A stretch of DNA of 63,200 nucleotides, the filler included, from Stramenopiles sp. TOSAG23-3 (lineage: Eukaryota): NCBI GenBank assembly GCA_900128585.1. It is 3 parts of 3 records of this genome, joined end to end, with 100 filler letters (N's around TTAATTAATTAA, not from the genome) between each part and the next. Parts side by side here need not be neighbours in the genome. Positions count along the whole stretch, not along the records: positions 30,640 to 60,967 come from LT642230.1; 2 more parts are not named here. The stretch is one strand, 5' to 3'. Positions 30,844 through 41,080 of this stretch are shown here, one piece after another. The notes below the pieces were generated by a model, which was not told the DNA's origin, searched no databases, and saw nothing but the letters and a program-made list of their open reading frames with translations. How positions within the stretch are numbered: the first letter of the stretch is position 1; every line of letters starts with the position of its first letter. Position numbers and translations under genes: made by a program.

Positions 30844-32892
30844 TCAAGATCCATACTCTGCCTTGAATTTTTCAAAACTTTCTATTGAATCTTTCGACAC
30901 GGACGAACGAATATTTTCTAGTGCCACTTCGAAGTCTTTACTGTTCACAGCTCGCATGTCAGAAGCCTTTGTTGTCAGCAACTCATCCCCAAGATCGCGG
31001 AGAGGACCGAAAGATGCCTCACGACAGAGCGAAACTAAATCGCTGCAAGAGAAGCCTTCTGTCCTCCTCCCAAAAACTATCATATCTTCTTCAGACAAGT
31101 CAAAACCTTGGGCCTGCTGATGTTTTCGAATTAAAGTCACTCTCTCCTCACTGTTGGGTAGCGGTATGTATATACGTTTTTCCATGCGGCGCAACATAGC
31201 ATCGTCTAGATCCCCTGGACGATTGGTAGCACCCATGATTAGAACTTTCTCCAAATCGTCAGTACCATTGGAGTTTGATCGGACTCCGTCCAGCTGAACT
31301 AAAAATTCTGTTTTAATACGACGCATTGCATCGTGCTCATTGGATTTTCTGGCCGACAAAAGACTATCAATTTCATCAATAAATACAACAGAAGGCTGCA
31401 TTTCTCTTGCCGTTTCAAACAACGTGCGCACAAGCTTTTCGCCTTCTCCATGGAATTTTGACGTCACGGACGAAGCGCTAATGCAAAAAAACTTTGCTTT
31501 GCTTGCAGACGCCACGCATTTTGCAAGCATCGTCTTCCCAGTCCCAGGGGGGCCAAATAGTAGGACACCCCTTGGCGGTTTCCGCAGTCCGTTGAACAGA
31601 TCAGGCCGCAGAGCAGGCAGGATTACTGCCTCTTTGAGGGCTCGCTTTGCATTTTCCAGACCAACCACATCATCCCACTTAGTGTTGGGAATCTTTTCCA
31701 ACAAGTCGTGCAAGATAGATTCTTTTAAATGAGACTGGATCGATGACCTTTCGTTTCTTTTTGAGCGTGAAGGGACAGGCACGGGTTTGCTTTGTACTGG
31801 CTTCGTCTCCATTTCCCAGTTCCCATGCTTTACCGGGGGCAGTGTCAGCTCTTCTGAGTAGGTGCTTACCCCCACATGATTATCTATAGTAAGGCTGACG
31901 TCTTTGAATACAGCCTTTGATCGTAAACACATAATCCCGACATGCCCGCAGAGGGCACCGTCATCTACATTGAGGGCCGTTTTGAATATGCTTTCCCCGT
32001 CGACAAGAACAAGCAGCACGTTACCACGCCTCTGCACTTCGACTCTGTAAAACTTGTTCGTCTTCAACCGTTCGTCCTCTATAGCAAGCAGTTGCTTAGG
32101 GGTTTTTGTGTTTCCACAAAATTGGTCGATGCGCCACTCTTTTGTCGTACAATCTGCGGTGATTGAAAAGAAGCACATGGGCGATTGGTACCCAAAAATT
32201 ACATGGAATCTAGATTTACAATTGTTGATGCTTTTGCTGTTGCAGCATTTCACAGCGAGGGAGTATTCGTACGAATTCGGACTGTTCTCGTGGTCCAAAC
32301 GGGGAGTTCCCGACGGCTCGTAAGTGACGATGTAAAATTTTCCGCCCTTATTCTCCATAAGGGTATCCGTTCCACAAAATTTGAACAGCCCACGAACTGG
32401 AGTGTGCGTACGTTCAACAAATCCCCCACTGAGTTTGTTATGAACAACGCACATCCCGCCTACTTTTGACTGCTTGCGAGGGCCCGACGGAAACCGAGCG
32501 GGCAGTTTTGAATCCAGTAAAGACGGAGACGACCTGTTGGTAGAAATTTTCCGATTGTTTTGCGGAGATGTGATAGGGCGTTTCATGGCAGGTGTGATCC
32601 CTTCTCGACGCATTCTATTCGAGCGTCTGTTTTCACGCGTTACTCGGTTATTTTGGACTGGAAGTACGCGGGTCTCTGTCGTTCTCCGCGAGGTTTGTCG
32701 CCTTGGTGGTGGTGGTGTCCGGAAGCTTCGCCTTTCTGGCTGACGATTTTGGTACCGCGCAGACGGTGCAGGATGGCGTGCGTTTCTTTCACTGAAATTT
32801 TCAAGCCTCCGCGGCGGCTGAAAAAAGTCTCTTTCCGCTTGCCGAAAGAAGTTTTCGGCCATTGCCCGGTGCATCTGGAAAAAGTTATCCAT
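30844..32892 (-). CDS. Spastin/fidgetin-clade AAA+ ATPase with upstream beta-sandwich domain
   Basis: WDDVVGLENAKRALKEAVILP, Walker A GPPGTGKT, pore loop SKFHGEGEKLVR, Walker B FIDEIDS, SRH GATNRP..LDDAMLRR, Vps4_C-like end FKAEYGS. Confidence 0.9.
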   Translation of the reverse strand: MDNFFQMHRAMAENFFRQAERDFFQPPRRLENFSERNARHPAPSARYQNRQPERRSFRTPPPPRRQTSRRTTETRVLPVQNNRVTRENRRSNRMRREGITPAMKRPITSPQNNRKISTNRSSPSLLDSKLPARFPSGPRKQSKVGGMCVVHNKLSGGFVERTHTPVRGLFKFCGTDTLMENKGGKFYIVTYEPSGTPRLDHENSPNSYEYSLAVKCCNSKSINNCKSRFHVIFGYQSPMCFFSITADCTTKEWRIDQFCGNTKTPKQLLAIEDERLKTNKFYRVEVQRRGNVLLVLVDGESIFKTALNVDDGALCGHVGIMCLRSKAVFKDVSLTIDNHVGVSTYSEELTLPPVKHGNWEMETKPVQSKPVPVPSRSKRNERSSIQSHLKESILHDLLEKIPNTKWDDVVGLENAKRALKEAVILPALRPDLFNGLRKPPRGVLLFGPPGTGKTMLAKCVASASKAKFFCISASSVTSKFHGEGEKLVRTLFETAREMQPSVVFIDEIDSLLSARKSNEHDAMRRIKTEFLVQLDGVRSNSNGTDDLEKVLIMGATNRPGDLDDAMLRRMEKRIYIPLPNSEERVTLIRKHQQAQGFDLSEEDMIVFGRRTEGFSCSDLVSLCREASFGPLRDLGDELLTTKASDMRAVNSKDFEVALENIRSSVSKDSIESFEKFKAEYGS

Positions 32893-33233
32893 GATACCCG
32901 GACATTCAAAACGCAAATTATTTTAAAATATGAAACCTACTTGTTAGCAATCCGTTTATTTCTGCTTTTAGAGACAGGCTATATCTATTGAGAAGTTTTC
33001 AGTTATGAAAAAGATCATTTATTTCTTCACTTTGCTCATCGCCATTCTTCCTACACTTTTTGCTAAATTAGGAGGAGCATCTTATTGGATTAACTAAAAA
33101 AATCATCACTGATGACGACTGCCACTGCCACGTGCCCATCGATATATTAAAAAAAAAAAATCGAATATTATAATCTTGTTGATAAATATTATTGATAATA
33201 AAAATAATTTAAAATATACCCGTCGAAGTACAG

Positions 33234-35654
33234 TCATTGATTGGCAATCAACGTTTTTGTAGAAGAGGGATTCTTCAATAGCGAGCCGTTACATTGTGGA
33301 CTTTTCCAATACGCCAAAAGATTCGAGTTATCCTCTACTGAACCGGTATTGCTAAGTCCAGACATTTCAACAATTCGTGTTCGATAATATTTCCATTTTC
33401 TTCCAAAGCATCGATACAAAGTATTTGCATCGGGACATTTAGGCTCACAGAGACTTTTGATTCCAGTTTCTTTTTCGACAAGATCCTTTCTTGTTGCAGG
33501 GACTATATCGGGGCAGCACTTTATGTGGGCTGAGCCTGGACACACTCCAGTATAAGTTTCCCTATCGCATACTTGTTTTCGAGTATCAATGCACACACCT
33601 TTTAGACCAAGGTTGCAAGGGACACCTTCTAATTTATTGGCCGTATCCTCTTCGGTTCTCCGTTTTATGTAATATGGAATGTGGTCGTTCAGTTTTTGAA
33701 GTCTTTTGTGGAACGGAACATATGGGTTAATTGAGCCATATATGCCGGGCACTGAATCCAACAAATCGTCGTCCTTATTGTGCTCCGGGTCGAATGAAAA
33801 CGGAAGATGTGCCATACAAGCTTCGTCTGCAGTGAGACCATGTTGAACCTTTTTTGTGACGGGAGGCGCGTTGTTGAACTTGTTGCGCTCTGCAAGCGAC
33901 AAACTCATGAAATCGCATTGTTCTTTTGAAAACATGCAAGGGTCATATTCTCCAACTAAATCTAATACTTCGGGTGGAGATATCTTTTTAAATGTCTCGA
34001 ATCCCATATGAAGACCACAGTTATATGCGTCCGTTATGTCTCCCCCACAACGAAGTTTGAGACACGGCACGAACGCTTGGATCCACTCCCCGGTTTCTTT
34101 TATGTAAAATGGACCACCGGTGAACTCTAGAAATTTCCCAACCATTTCAAGGATACTGATGGGCTGAATGAAGCTCTTTGTAGCCCCGTTAAGAATTTTC
34201 ATCGCCTTGCAAATTCCATTGAGAATGCTCCCGTCGGCGGCATTATCGAAATGTTTCTTTATCAAATTTACTGCATCTACGGCAAATATTTTCGCCTTGG
34301 CCTTTAGTTTTGCTGAGCCCATGGCCCTAGTTGCAGTTTTCATAATTGATTTCGTCCTTTCGATCAGCTTAAACCAACCTTTTCTAAGAACAAACGCTTT
34401 TTTGACAAATTTTGAGACGTATTTGATGGCGCTAAATAACGCTTGGAACCAAGCTTTCGTTGCCTGGTACCCCCTTTTCGCATTCTTTGCTAGGCGGGCG
34501 AAGAACGGTCCAATTTTGATCGCGGCAATCAAGGTTTTTGCACCAAATTTCAATTGCTTCATTACTTTAGCGTTCCACTTGATGGGGACAAACATAGACC
34601 CAAAACCTGGTATAGCGGACAACAAACTCAGGATGGCCTCAATCCAATGCTGTCGGGCCCACGACAAACCGGCGTTGATTAGATCAAACACAAACCCAAA
34701 CGGCTCGACCATACCTGCAATGTCTAATGCAAACGACGTGAGATCTAATAGCAACCGTACCTTATTGTCTCTTTTAGCTTGGACAAGTTGCATATCTGCG
34801 TACTGGAAATAGCGCGTGACGATGTTTTTCATGCATCCCGAGCGATGAAACGCGCACATATCCGAGCCCGGCTTCACAGCACCACGTTTTAAGCACAGTT
34901 CCTGGTCATACTTGGCGTCCATCTTCGTGTAGTCAGAACCTTTTGGTGGGTGGGATTTTGGCGTCGGATTAAAGTCTTCGATTAATTTAATCATAAACTT
35001 ATTTTGCATCGCGACGTCTGAGACTCCTATTTTCTGTAGAAAACGCCAAAAACCGGACTGTACTTCAAAGGTAGATGACCTTGACCAGTACTCCATGTCC
35101 ATTGGGGCATTGTCTGGTTCATGAGCGGTCCAATACCATTTTCTATTCGTGCGACGATACCAAAGTGGGGTTGCATGCCAACCGGCGTCAAACTCGAAAC
35201 ATTTATTTCTCCCAGTTCCATGATTTGGTTTGTACGGCATTACACCTTTTGTCATACCAAAGAGCAACTCGTCCACCATGCAATGGCATAGTTTTTTTGA
35301 CAATGGACTATCATTCCGTTCTATGCGTTTATTCCTAGAGGATCCAAACTTGTTACTTCCCGTGAGAGGCGGGATTTTCAGAGTCTTTCTTGCATCTTCT
35401 TTCTCTGCCGTAAACGATTGCCCGGGGTCACTTTCTTGAAGTGAAATGAAGGTAAAGGCATCTTTTACTATGTTCCAATCCGATTCAGCCACTTCAAGCT
35501 GTTGCTCCACCGTCATTTCAACAAATGCAAGATCTTGCACATCCTGGCTTTTATCTTCTCGTAAATTGACGGCCTTTGCCACGTGTACTATTTCTGACGA
35601 TGCTACTAAAAGTACTAAGCAAAAGGCAGTGGTTTTATTGTATTTTTGCACCAT
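33234..35654 (-). CDS. Secreted protein with pre-toxin TG-like motif and C-terminal Cys-rich module
   Basis: Signal-like TAFCLVLLVASSEIVHVAKA; ALDIAGMVEPFGFVFDLINAGLSWARQHWIEAILSLLSAIPGFG; GVC..C..GVCPGSAHIKCC. Confidence 0.75.
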   Translation of the reverse strand: MVQKYNKTTAFCLVLLVASSEIVHVAKAVNLREDKSQDVQDLAFVEMTVEQQLEVAESDWNIVKDAFTFISLQESDPGQSFTAEKEDARKTLKIPPLTGSNKFGSSRNKRIERNDSPLSKKLCHCMVDELLFGMTKGVMPYKPNHGTGRNKCFEFDAGWHATPLWYRRTNRKWYWTAHEPDNAPMDMEYWSRSSTFEVQSGFWRFLQKIGVSDVAMQNKFMIKLIEDFNPTPKSHPPKGSDYTKMDAKYDQELCLKRGAVKPGSDMCAFHRSGCMKNIVTRYFQYADMQLVQAKRDNKVRLLLDLTSFALDIAGMVEPFGFVFDLINAGLSWARQHWIEAILSLLSAIPGFGSMFVPIKWNAKVMKQLKFGAKTLIAAIKIGPFFARLAKNAKRGYQATKAWFQALFSAIKYVSKFVKKAFVLRKGWFKLIERTKSIMKTATRAMGSAKLKAKAKIFAVDAVNLIKKHFDNAADGSILNGICKAMKILNGATKSFIQPISILEMVGKFLEFTGGPFYIKETGEWIQAFVPCLKLRCGGDITDAYNCGLHMGFETFKKISPPEVLDLVGEYDPCMFSKEQCDFMSLSLAERNKFNNAPPVTKKVQHGLTADEACMAHLPFSFDPEHNKDDDLLDSVPGIYGSINPYVPFHKRLQKLNDHIPYYIKRRTEEDTANKLEGVPCNLGLKGVCIDTRKQVCDRETYTGVCPGSAHIKCCPDIVPATRKDLVEKETGIKSLCEPKCPDANTLYRCFGRKWKYYRTRIVEMSGLSNTGSVEDNSNLLAYWKSPQCNGSLLKNPSSTKTLIANQ

Positions 35655-36350
35655 TCTACCCCGTTCTTCTCTCGCAAAACTACAAATGAACAAGCAAATT
35701 GCCAACAGGTTCAATGCTGTTCGTTCGTTCGTTCGTTCGTTCGCTCTAAATGCTTACCAATTTCATATGGGCGGTTAGTTGTTGAATGTGTTGAGTGTTG
35801 AGCCGTCAGTGAAACTGTGCGATGAAGAGAGTTCCCTTACTTTCTTTTACTACTATATATATATCCATCTACTAAATGTAATAGTTCTTCTTCAACAATA
35901 ACACGCTGCAGCATCAAACACGCAATAATTTTTTTTTTTTAAACTGATCGATATTAGTATTATATAGAGAATAGAGAATAGAGATTGATGATGATCGTCG
36001 ATGAGGTCTTTCTTTCTTTTATATTACCGACCCTATAATATTTAATAATAATAATAATACCGCTAATCTGCCCATCTATACCCCCGAACCCCGAACCCCC
36101 CCCCTTTTTTCCTAAGTTCTAAAGCCCGGCCAAATATTATAATAGTTATTCCTTGATTTGTTGAAAGGAGATAGACTATACCAATATCTGTACTACTAAC
36201 GGTCGGTTGAAACCATATGGATGGATTATTTTGTCTTTCAAGCTTTTATACACGTCTCTGTGTTTATTTAAACTGGGGTATACATAATTCTCTAATATTC
36301 TGTATTCTGTATTATGACTAGGCTAGACAAATTGCTTGATAAAATGTTTA

Positions 36351-37586
36351 TTATTTGCTTTTAAAAAAGGACGAGAGCGAGCGCTGGTTTTTGTCCACTA
36401 CTCCTCCCCGTCCAGCCACCACTTTTTTTCTCCCTTTCATTGCTGCCTCCGGGGCAGGGCGTTTTTTCCGTCCCCTCTCCGACCGCCCCAACTCCTCCAT
36501 GGCGCTTGCCTTGTCTGCTACTTTAAAGAATCGGCCAAGTGCAGAGTTCTTGTGGAACTTCCTTCGCCAGGCTTCTCCGACGTCTACCCCAACCACCTTA
36601 TACAGCAAGTTTGCATTTTTCACGGCCTGGTCTTCCCAAGCCGTCCCGAACAAGAAATGAACCTCGCGCTCTAACCCTCCCCCGCTCCCCTTCAACAATT
36701 CCTCCACGATTCGTTTCTTCCACATGTTGCACCACTCAGACCCCAGCAAACGCTCTTTCCCTTCCCGGCGGTGAACCCGAACGTACACGAGCGAATCGTC
36801 AGAAACACCCAGGTGCGTTGATGCCAGCACAGCGGAATTTATGCTTGGTGCACTGTGCGCAGGGTTTAACTTTCTGTTTCTATGGAGCTCGTGCAGGAGC
36901 TCGTCGCAGACAATTTCAACGCACACTGTCGCTCGCAGCCATTTGGTCGTGTCGGGCACCGTCGCAACGTTGTACCAATCCCTGCACCTGAATTCGACTC
37001 CCATTTTCGTTCCTACCGGGAGCTGGGCGCGACAATATTCAACCCACCGGCGATTCTTGCCGTTCGGAACAAAGTCCAATTGAAACTGGAACAGAACAAG
37101 GCCCAACATGTTCTTCTTTTGAAGCAGCCTCACCCGGCCGTTGAAAACGCCCCACAAGACCTGTGCAAATCCTTTGTTCAACACGGTCTCCCAGGGAATA
37201 CTCTGGGATCTGCCAAATGCCTTACCCGAAAAACTGGTCGACAACCCGTCCCGTATTTCATGCGGCAGTTGGCCAAACGCCATCTGCCGCAGCGTAAACA
37301 TGCCGTACGCCTTGAGATGGAACTTAAAGTTATTGTATGCCGAAGCCGACTTGACCCAGTCTTCCACTACCCTTTGTGACGGAATCGCATAATGTGACGT
37401 ATCTATTTCTACGATGGGAAATTTCGAACAGTAATGTTTCAGCCTATCCGACCCCGTTTTGCAAGACGATGGGTAGAATCTGCCACATTTAACCAACGAA
37501 TCGTCGGTAAACCCAATCAAGCCGCACAAAAGCCGTACGTCACTCCCATTGCCACCGCAACCGCGCTGGCCCTTTTCCGCCGCCAT
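36351..37586 (-). CDS. DUF72 (TM1631-like TIM-barrel) domain protein
   Basis: RLKHYCSKFPIVEIDTSHYAIP, FKFHLKAY, LGLVLFQF, VEFR..DW, YVRVHRR. Confidence 0.9.
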   Translation of the reverse strand: MAAEKGQRGCGGNGSDVRLLCGLIGFTDDSLVKCGRFYPSSCKTGSDRLKHYCSKFPIVEIDTSHYAIPSQRVVEDWVKSASAYNNFKFHLKAYGMFTLRQMAFGQLPHEIRDGLSTSFSGKAFGRSQSIPWETVLNKGFAQVLWGVFNGRVRLLQKKNMLGLVLFQFQLDFVPNGKNRRWVEYCRAQLPVGTKMGVEFRCRDWYNVATVPDTTKWLRATVCVEIVCDELLHELHRNRKLNPAHSAPSINSAVLASTHLGVSDDSLVYVRVHRREGKERLLGSEWCNMWKKRIVEELLKGSGGGLEREVHFLFGTAWEDQAVKNANLLYKVVGVDVGEAWRRKFHKNSALGRFFKVADKASAMEELGRSERGRKKRPAPEAAMKGRKKVVAGRGGVVDKNQRSLSSFFKSK

Positions 37587-37949
37587 CGACTGACCGACAC
37601 AGAAAACGTGCTACGTCCCCTCTCAAAGAAATCAAATCAAACGGGTTCAATTATTCAAACTAGTCCTAATACACCCACGCGAACATGGTTTGCATGTACA
37701 AACCTTCAAATAAATCGAACTAAATGGAACATTTGTTTGAACAATGCAAAGTGTTTTGATTTCTTGACATTGAAAATTGAGAAAGAAAGAATATAATATA
37801 TAATAATAATAAAAAATAATTGTTGTATACTAAAAATATAAATACCTATACAATAACGTGTACTATGATACTAATCCATTACTTTTATGATATACTACAA
37901 GTACTCTAAATCTCTATTTGTAGTATATATATTGTATATTAATATTCTT

Positions 37950-38954
37950 CTACATTGTTGTCCCTCCTCCTACAACAAGTTCCATGCTTTGCTTTTCTAC
38001 TTCCAAAATCTCGTTCCCGACAGCTTCCAACTCTCTCTCGGTTTCTTTGCTTGCGACAGGTGTCTTGGGCCGGACTTCGGCAGGTGGAACGATGGCGGGC
38101 TGGGGCGGTGATAGCGCACTTCCCTCGGCGAGTGACTCCCCTGCTGCCTCCGATGTATTTCCTGGGGTTATTTGCTGCAGACTATCATGTGGAAGGTCGA
38201 AGGTGTTGGTGGTCTGCGCCGCACCTTGCCATTTCTCGTACCGCTTCTCTACTTCCCTGAGCTTGTCTTCTAGTGCCTTCTTCGAGACGGGCTTGCCTCG
38301 CTTCCGCACGGGCTTCCCGGACGTTGCCGGTCGGAACGACTTTCTTATTGGTTCTAATAGTGTGTTATTCGCTTCGCGGCCGGGCGCGGCGACCGTGCTC
38401 GGGCGTTTGATTTTCTTCTTTCTCCTGCGGCGCCCCCTGCGCTTGATCAACGGGGCAATCACCCTCCCCTTTCGGCCTGCTGTTATTGTACAGAAATATA
38501 TTATTTGCTTTTCCATTTTGGCCCGCTCTACTTCCCACACTTTTGTCTGGTAGAACGCGTCCGCCTCCGAGAGCCTCCGTTTATTGATTTCATTGACGTG
38601 GTTGATCTCTTTCTGCCTGCGCGCTCGCGCGGGGCCGTTGACGGTGCTAAAGTGGCGGTACTTTGCCGCCAGCTTGTTGTCCAAACTCTTCGTCGTCATC
38701 GTCAGGGACATTTTCTCCAACAGCCTTCTGTTTTCCCTCTCTATCGCAGAGTAACGCTCCTCCATCTGCTGCTCTCGTTTCAGATTCTTCTTCCGCTTCA
38801 ACCCTCCCCCTTTCTTCCGTGAAAATCCTTTGGGGAGGGACGTGTCTATCGAAGGCTTTGTGTCGCGCAGCCGCTGCAGGTGAACCTGTCGAAGCCGCTT
38901 GCGCTCTTTCTCGACAATAATAGGGTTCCCCTCTGGTATCCCTCGGTCTGCCAT
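37950..38954 (-). CDS. CFAP97/KIAA1430 (hemingway)-family ciliary protein
   Basis: HLQRLRDTKPSIDT, ERYSAIERENRRLLEKMS, NGPARARRQKEINHVN. Confidence 0.8.
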   Translation of the reverse strand: MADRGIPEGNPIIVEKERKRLRQVHLQRLRDTKPSIDTSLPKGFSRKKGGGLKRKKNLKREQQMEERYSAIERENRRLLEKMSLTMTTKSLDNKLAAKYRHFSTVNGPARARRQKEINHVNEINKRRLSEADAFYQTKVWEVERAKMEKQIIYFCTITAGRKGRVIAPLIKRRGRRRRKKKIKRPSTVAAPGREANNTLLEPIRKSFRPATSGKPVRKRGKPVSKKALEDKLREVEKRYEKWQGAAQTTNTFDLPHDSLQQITPGNTSEAAGESLAEGSALSPPQPAIVPPAEVRPKTPVASKETERELEAVGNEILEVEKQSMELVVGGGTTM

Positions 38955-39819
38955 CTTTTCCGTTTGTCTGGTTTATAACTGTTCTGACTAGATAGGAACA
39001 GACGACGAACGATGACAACACAATTTACGAGCGTTTTCAGCGAAGCGTATGGTACGGGTACGAGCTTTGTGAATGGGAATACTTTTAGTAATGAATCCGT
39101 TGGCAAAGGGTACGGGTAGAAGAAGTAGAAGTTAAAATAAAAAGAAGTTGTTGTTGTTTTTTTGTTGTTGTTTTTGTTCCGTTCAACCTTTTTTTCTTTT
39201 TCATTCTTTCCTTTCTCTTTCTTTCTCTTTCTTCTTTCTTTCTTTTTTTCTTTCTTTCTCTTTCTTTGTTATCCTCCACCAACATTCCAGACTATTTTAA
39301 CATTGAATAGAATGGAATAATTTATACTAAAAGTTAAATTACAACAGATGTAGTTATCCATTTTATTGTCTAGACTTATTTATTACAAACATCCAACACA
39401 ATTGACCACCATCATTATTTAATTCATAATATATCTATACACAGTATAGAAAATTCAACTTATGTATTTCCAATTACAACAACAAATTGAAGGAAAACCC
39501 AACAATGAACGCTTTTACAACGGTAATATCATCAACAATTTTAATTTAAGACAGAATAGCCAGAATATTTATAATATTATATTATTACAACAAAGGTTCA
39601 AATCATCAAAAGACTCTAACTCTAAATATATAAAAATCTATTTTGTAATCTCATTCTCCTACGTTACTCTTCATTTTGTTGTATTAGAATAATTAGGGTT
39701 CCATGTCTTAATGGTATTTGCTTTATTATGTATAAATATAATAAACAGAAGAAAGAAGAAGAAACATCGATTTAAGATTGAAGAAGAAATGAAAAAATCC
39801 AAAAGAAATGAGGGAAGAA

Positions 39820-40148
39820 GAAATGGTTTCCTCTTCTTTCTTCTTGTTTCTTTCTTCTTTCTTCTTGTTTCTTGTTTCTTCTTTCTTTCTTTCTTCTTTT
39901 TCTTTCTTTCTTTCTTCTTGTTTCTTTCTTCTTTCTTCTTGTTTCTTGTTTCTTCTTGTTTCCTCTTCTTCTTGTTTCTTCTTTCTTTCTTTCTTTCTTC
40001 TTTCTTTCTTTCTTCTTTCTTCTTTTTCTTTCTTTCTTTCTTCTTTTTCTTTCTTTCTTCTTTCTTCTCTCCTCTTCTTCTTCTTTCTTTCTTTCTTTCT
40101 TCTTTCTTCTTTCTTTCTTCTTCTTCTTTCTTCTTCTTCTTTCTTCCC
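39820..40148. repeat. ~330-bp polypyrimidine (TTC/TTTC/TTG) low-complexity tract
   Basis: Nearly purine-free on the + strand. Confidence 0.95.
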
Positions 40149-40421
40149 GATTTTTATTAAATAGTGGTAGAAGTAGGGTATTAATAATCATCCAACACAA
40201 CAACAAACAAGAAAAAATGCTTCGTCCAACCCGGCAAATTTCCGAAATTGTTCCAAACGATTCGATTGAATGAAAATGGTAACAAAACGGCCATTTTTGT
40301 GAAGTAGAGGTAATAACGAAGGTGGAATCTCATTTGGATAGTTTTGTATCGGAACAGTTGAAAATTCCATAGCTGGTATCGTTTCGTTGTTTTATCACGC
40401 CGATATTGTACTGTAGGTAAC

Positions 40422-41030
40422 ATGAGCAAGTCGGGCCAGGACGCAGAACCTATGCCTTTGCCGACGTTAAAACTGTACGAGTGTTATGCTCGGTTGGAAG
40501 ATTGTATAGAGAAATGGGAAGAAGTTAGTGAAATTGGTCTTCGGGCACTATCGATGGTGTGCCAAAGTGTCCCTCAAATAGAACATTTGGTGCCTGCGCA
40601 AGACCATGCGATTAATTACCCTACGTTCGCGTCCAAAACGGAAGCGTCAATTGAAGTGCTTCTGGAGAGTGCCGCGTCTCTTCAGAAATGCTTGGAAAGC
40701 ATGCAGGAGGTCATGGACGAAGCGAAAGGGTTTACAAGAGGGATAGGGGCGAGCAAAGACGGCGTAGAAAAGGTGTTACTAAATAGGGGACAGTCGCAGT
40801 CCAAGTGTTCCGCGTCGGATTGGATAAATTTTCTCTCTGTCCAGTTTGAAATGTACAAAGCGGACTACCAGATGAAGCGGGGAATCTGCCAAAAGATTAC
40901 GGAAGACAAAGTCGTCAGGCACAACCATGTTATGAAGATGAAGCTGATGTGGGAACACCAGCCAAGCATCGACGAGGCGGTGGTCGGGTATATAAATGAA
41001 AGACTAAAGCACGACCACGTGCTTTCGTAA
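40422..41030 (+). CDS. CINP (CDK2-interacting protein)/C1orf109-like helical protein
   Basis: KWEEVSEIG near the N-terminus and EMYKADYQMKR...LMWEHQPSID match the CINP pattern (KWE.L...G; EMY.KE...KR; MWLHQPY). Confidence 0.65.
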   Translation: MSKSGQDAEPMPLPTLKLYECYARLEDCIEKWEEVSEIGLRALSMVCQSVPQIEHLVPAQDHAINYPTFASKTEASIEVLLESAASLQKCLESMQEVMDEAKGFTRGIGASKDGVEKVLLNRGQSQSKCSASDWINFLSVQFEMYKADYQMKRGICQKITEDKVVRHNHVMKMKLMWEHQPSIDEAVVGYINERLKHDHVLS

Positions 41031-41080
41031 ATAACCATTTTATGAGTCTACTTCGTAAGATCAAAACACACTTATCTCCT

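Noticed and set aside
30640-30846. Possible TGA readthrough or selenocysteine extension of the AAA ATPase
   Set aside because: The stop falls at the normal family C-terminus (F..EYGS); the extension has no motif and no SECIS was recognised
39711-40273. Poly-Phe/Leu/Ser and poly-Lys/Arg/Glu ORFs (also 20-328, 5454-5648, 23153-23377, 50145-50498)
   Set aside because: Translations of TTC/GAA microsatellites
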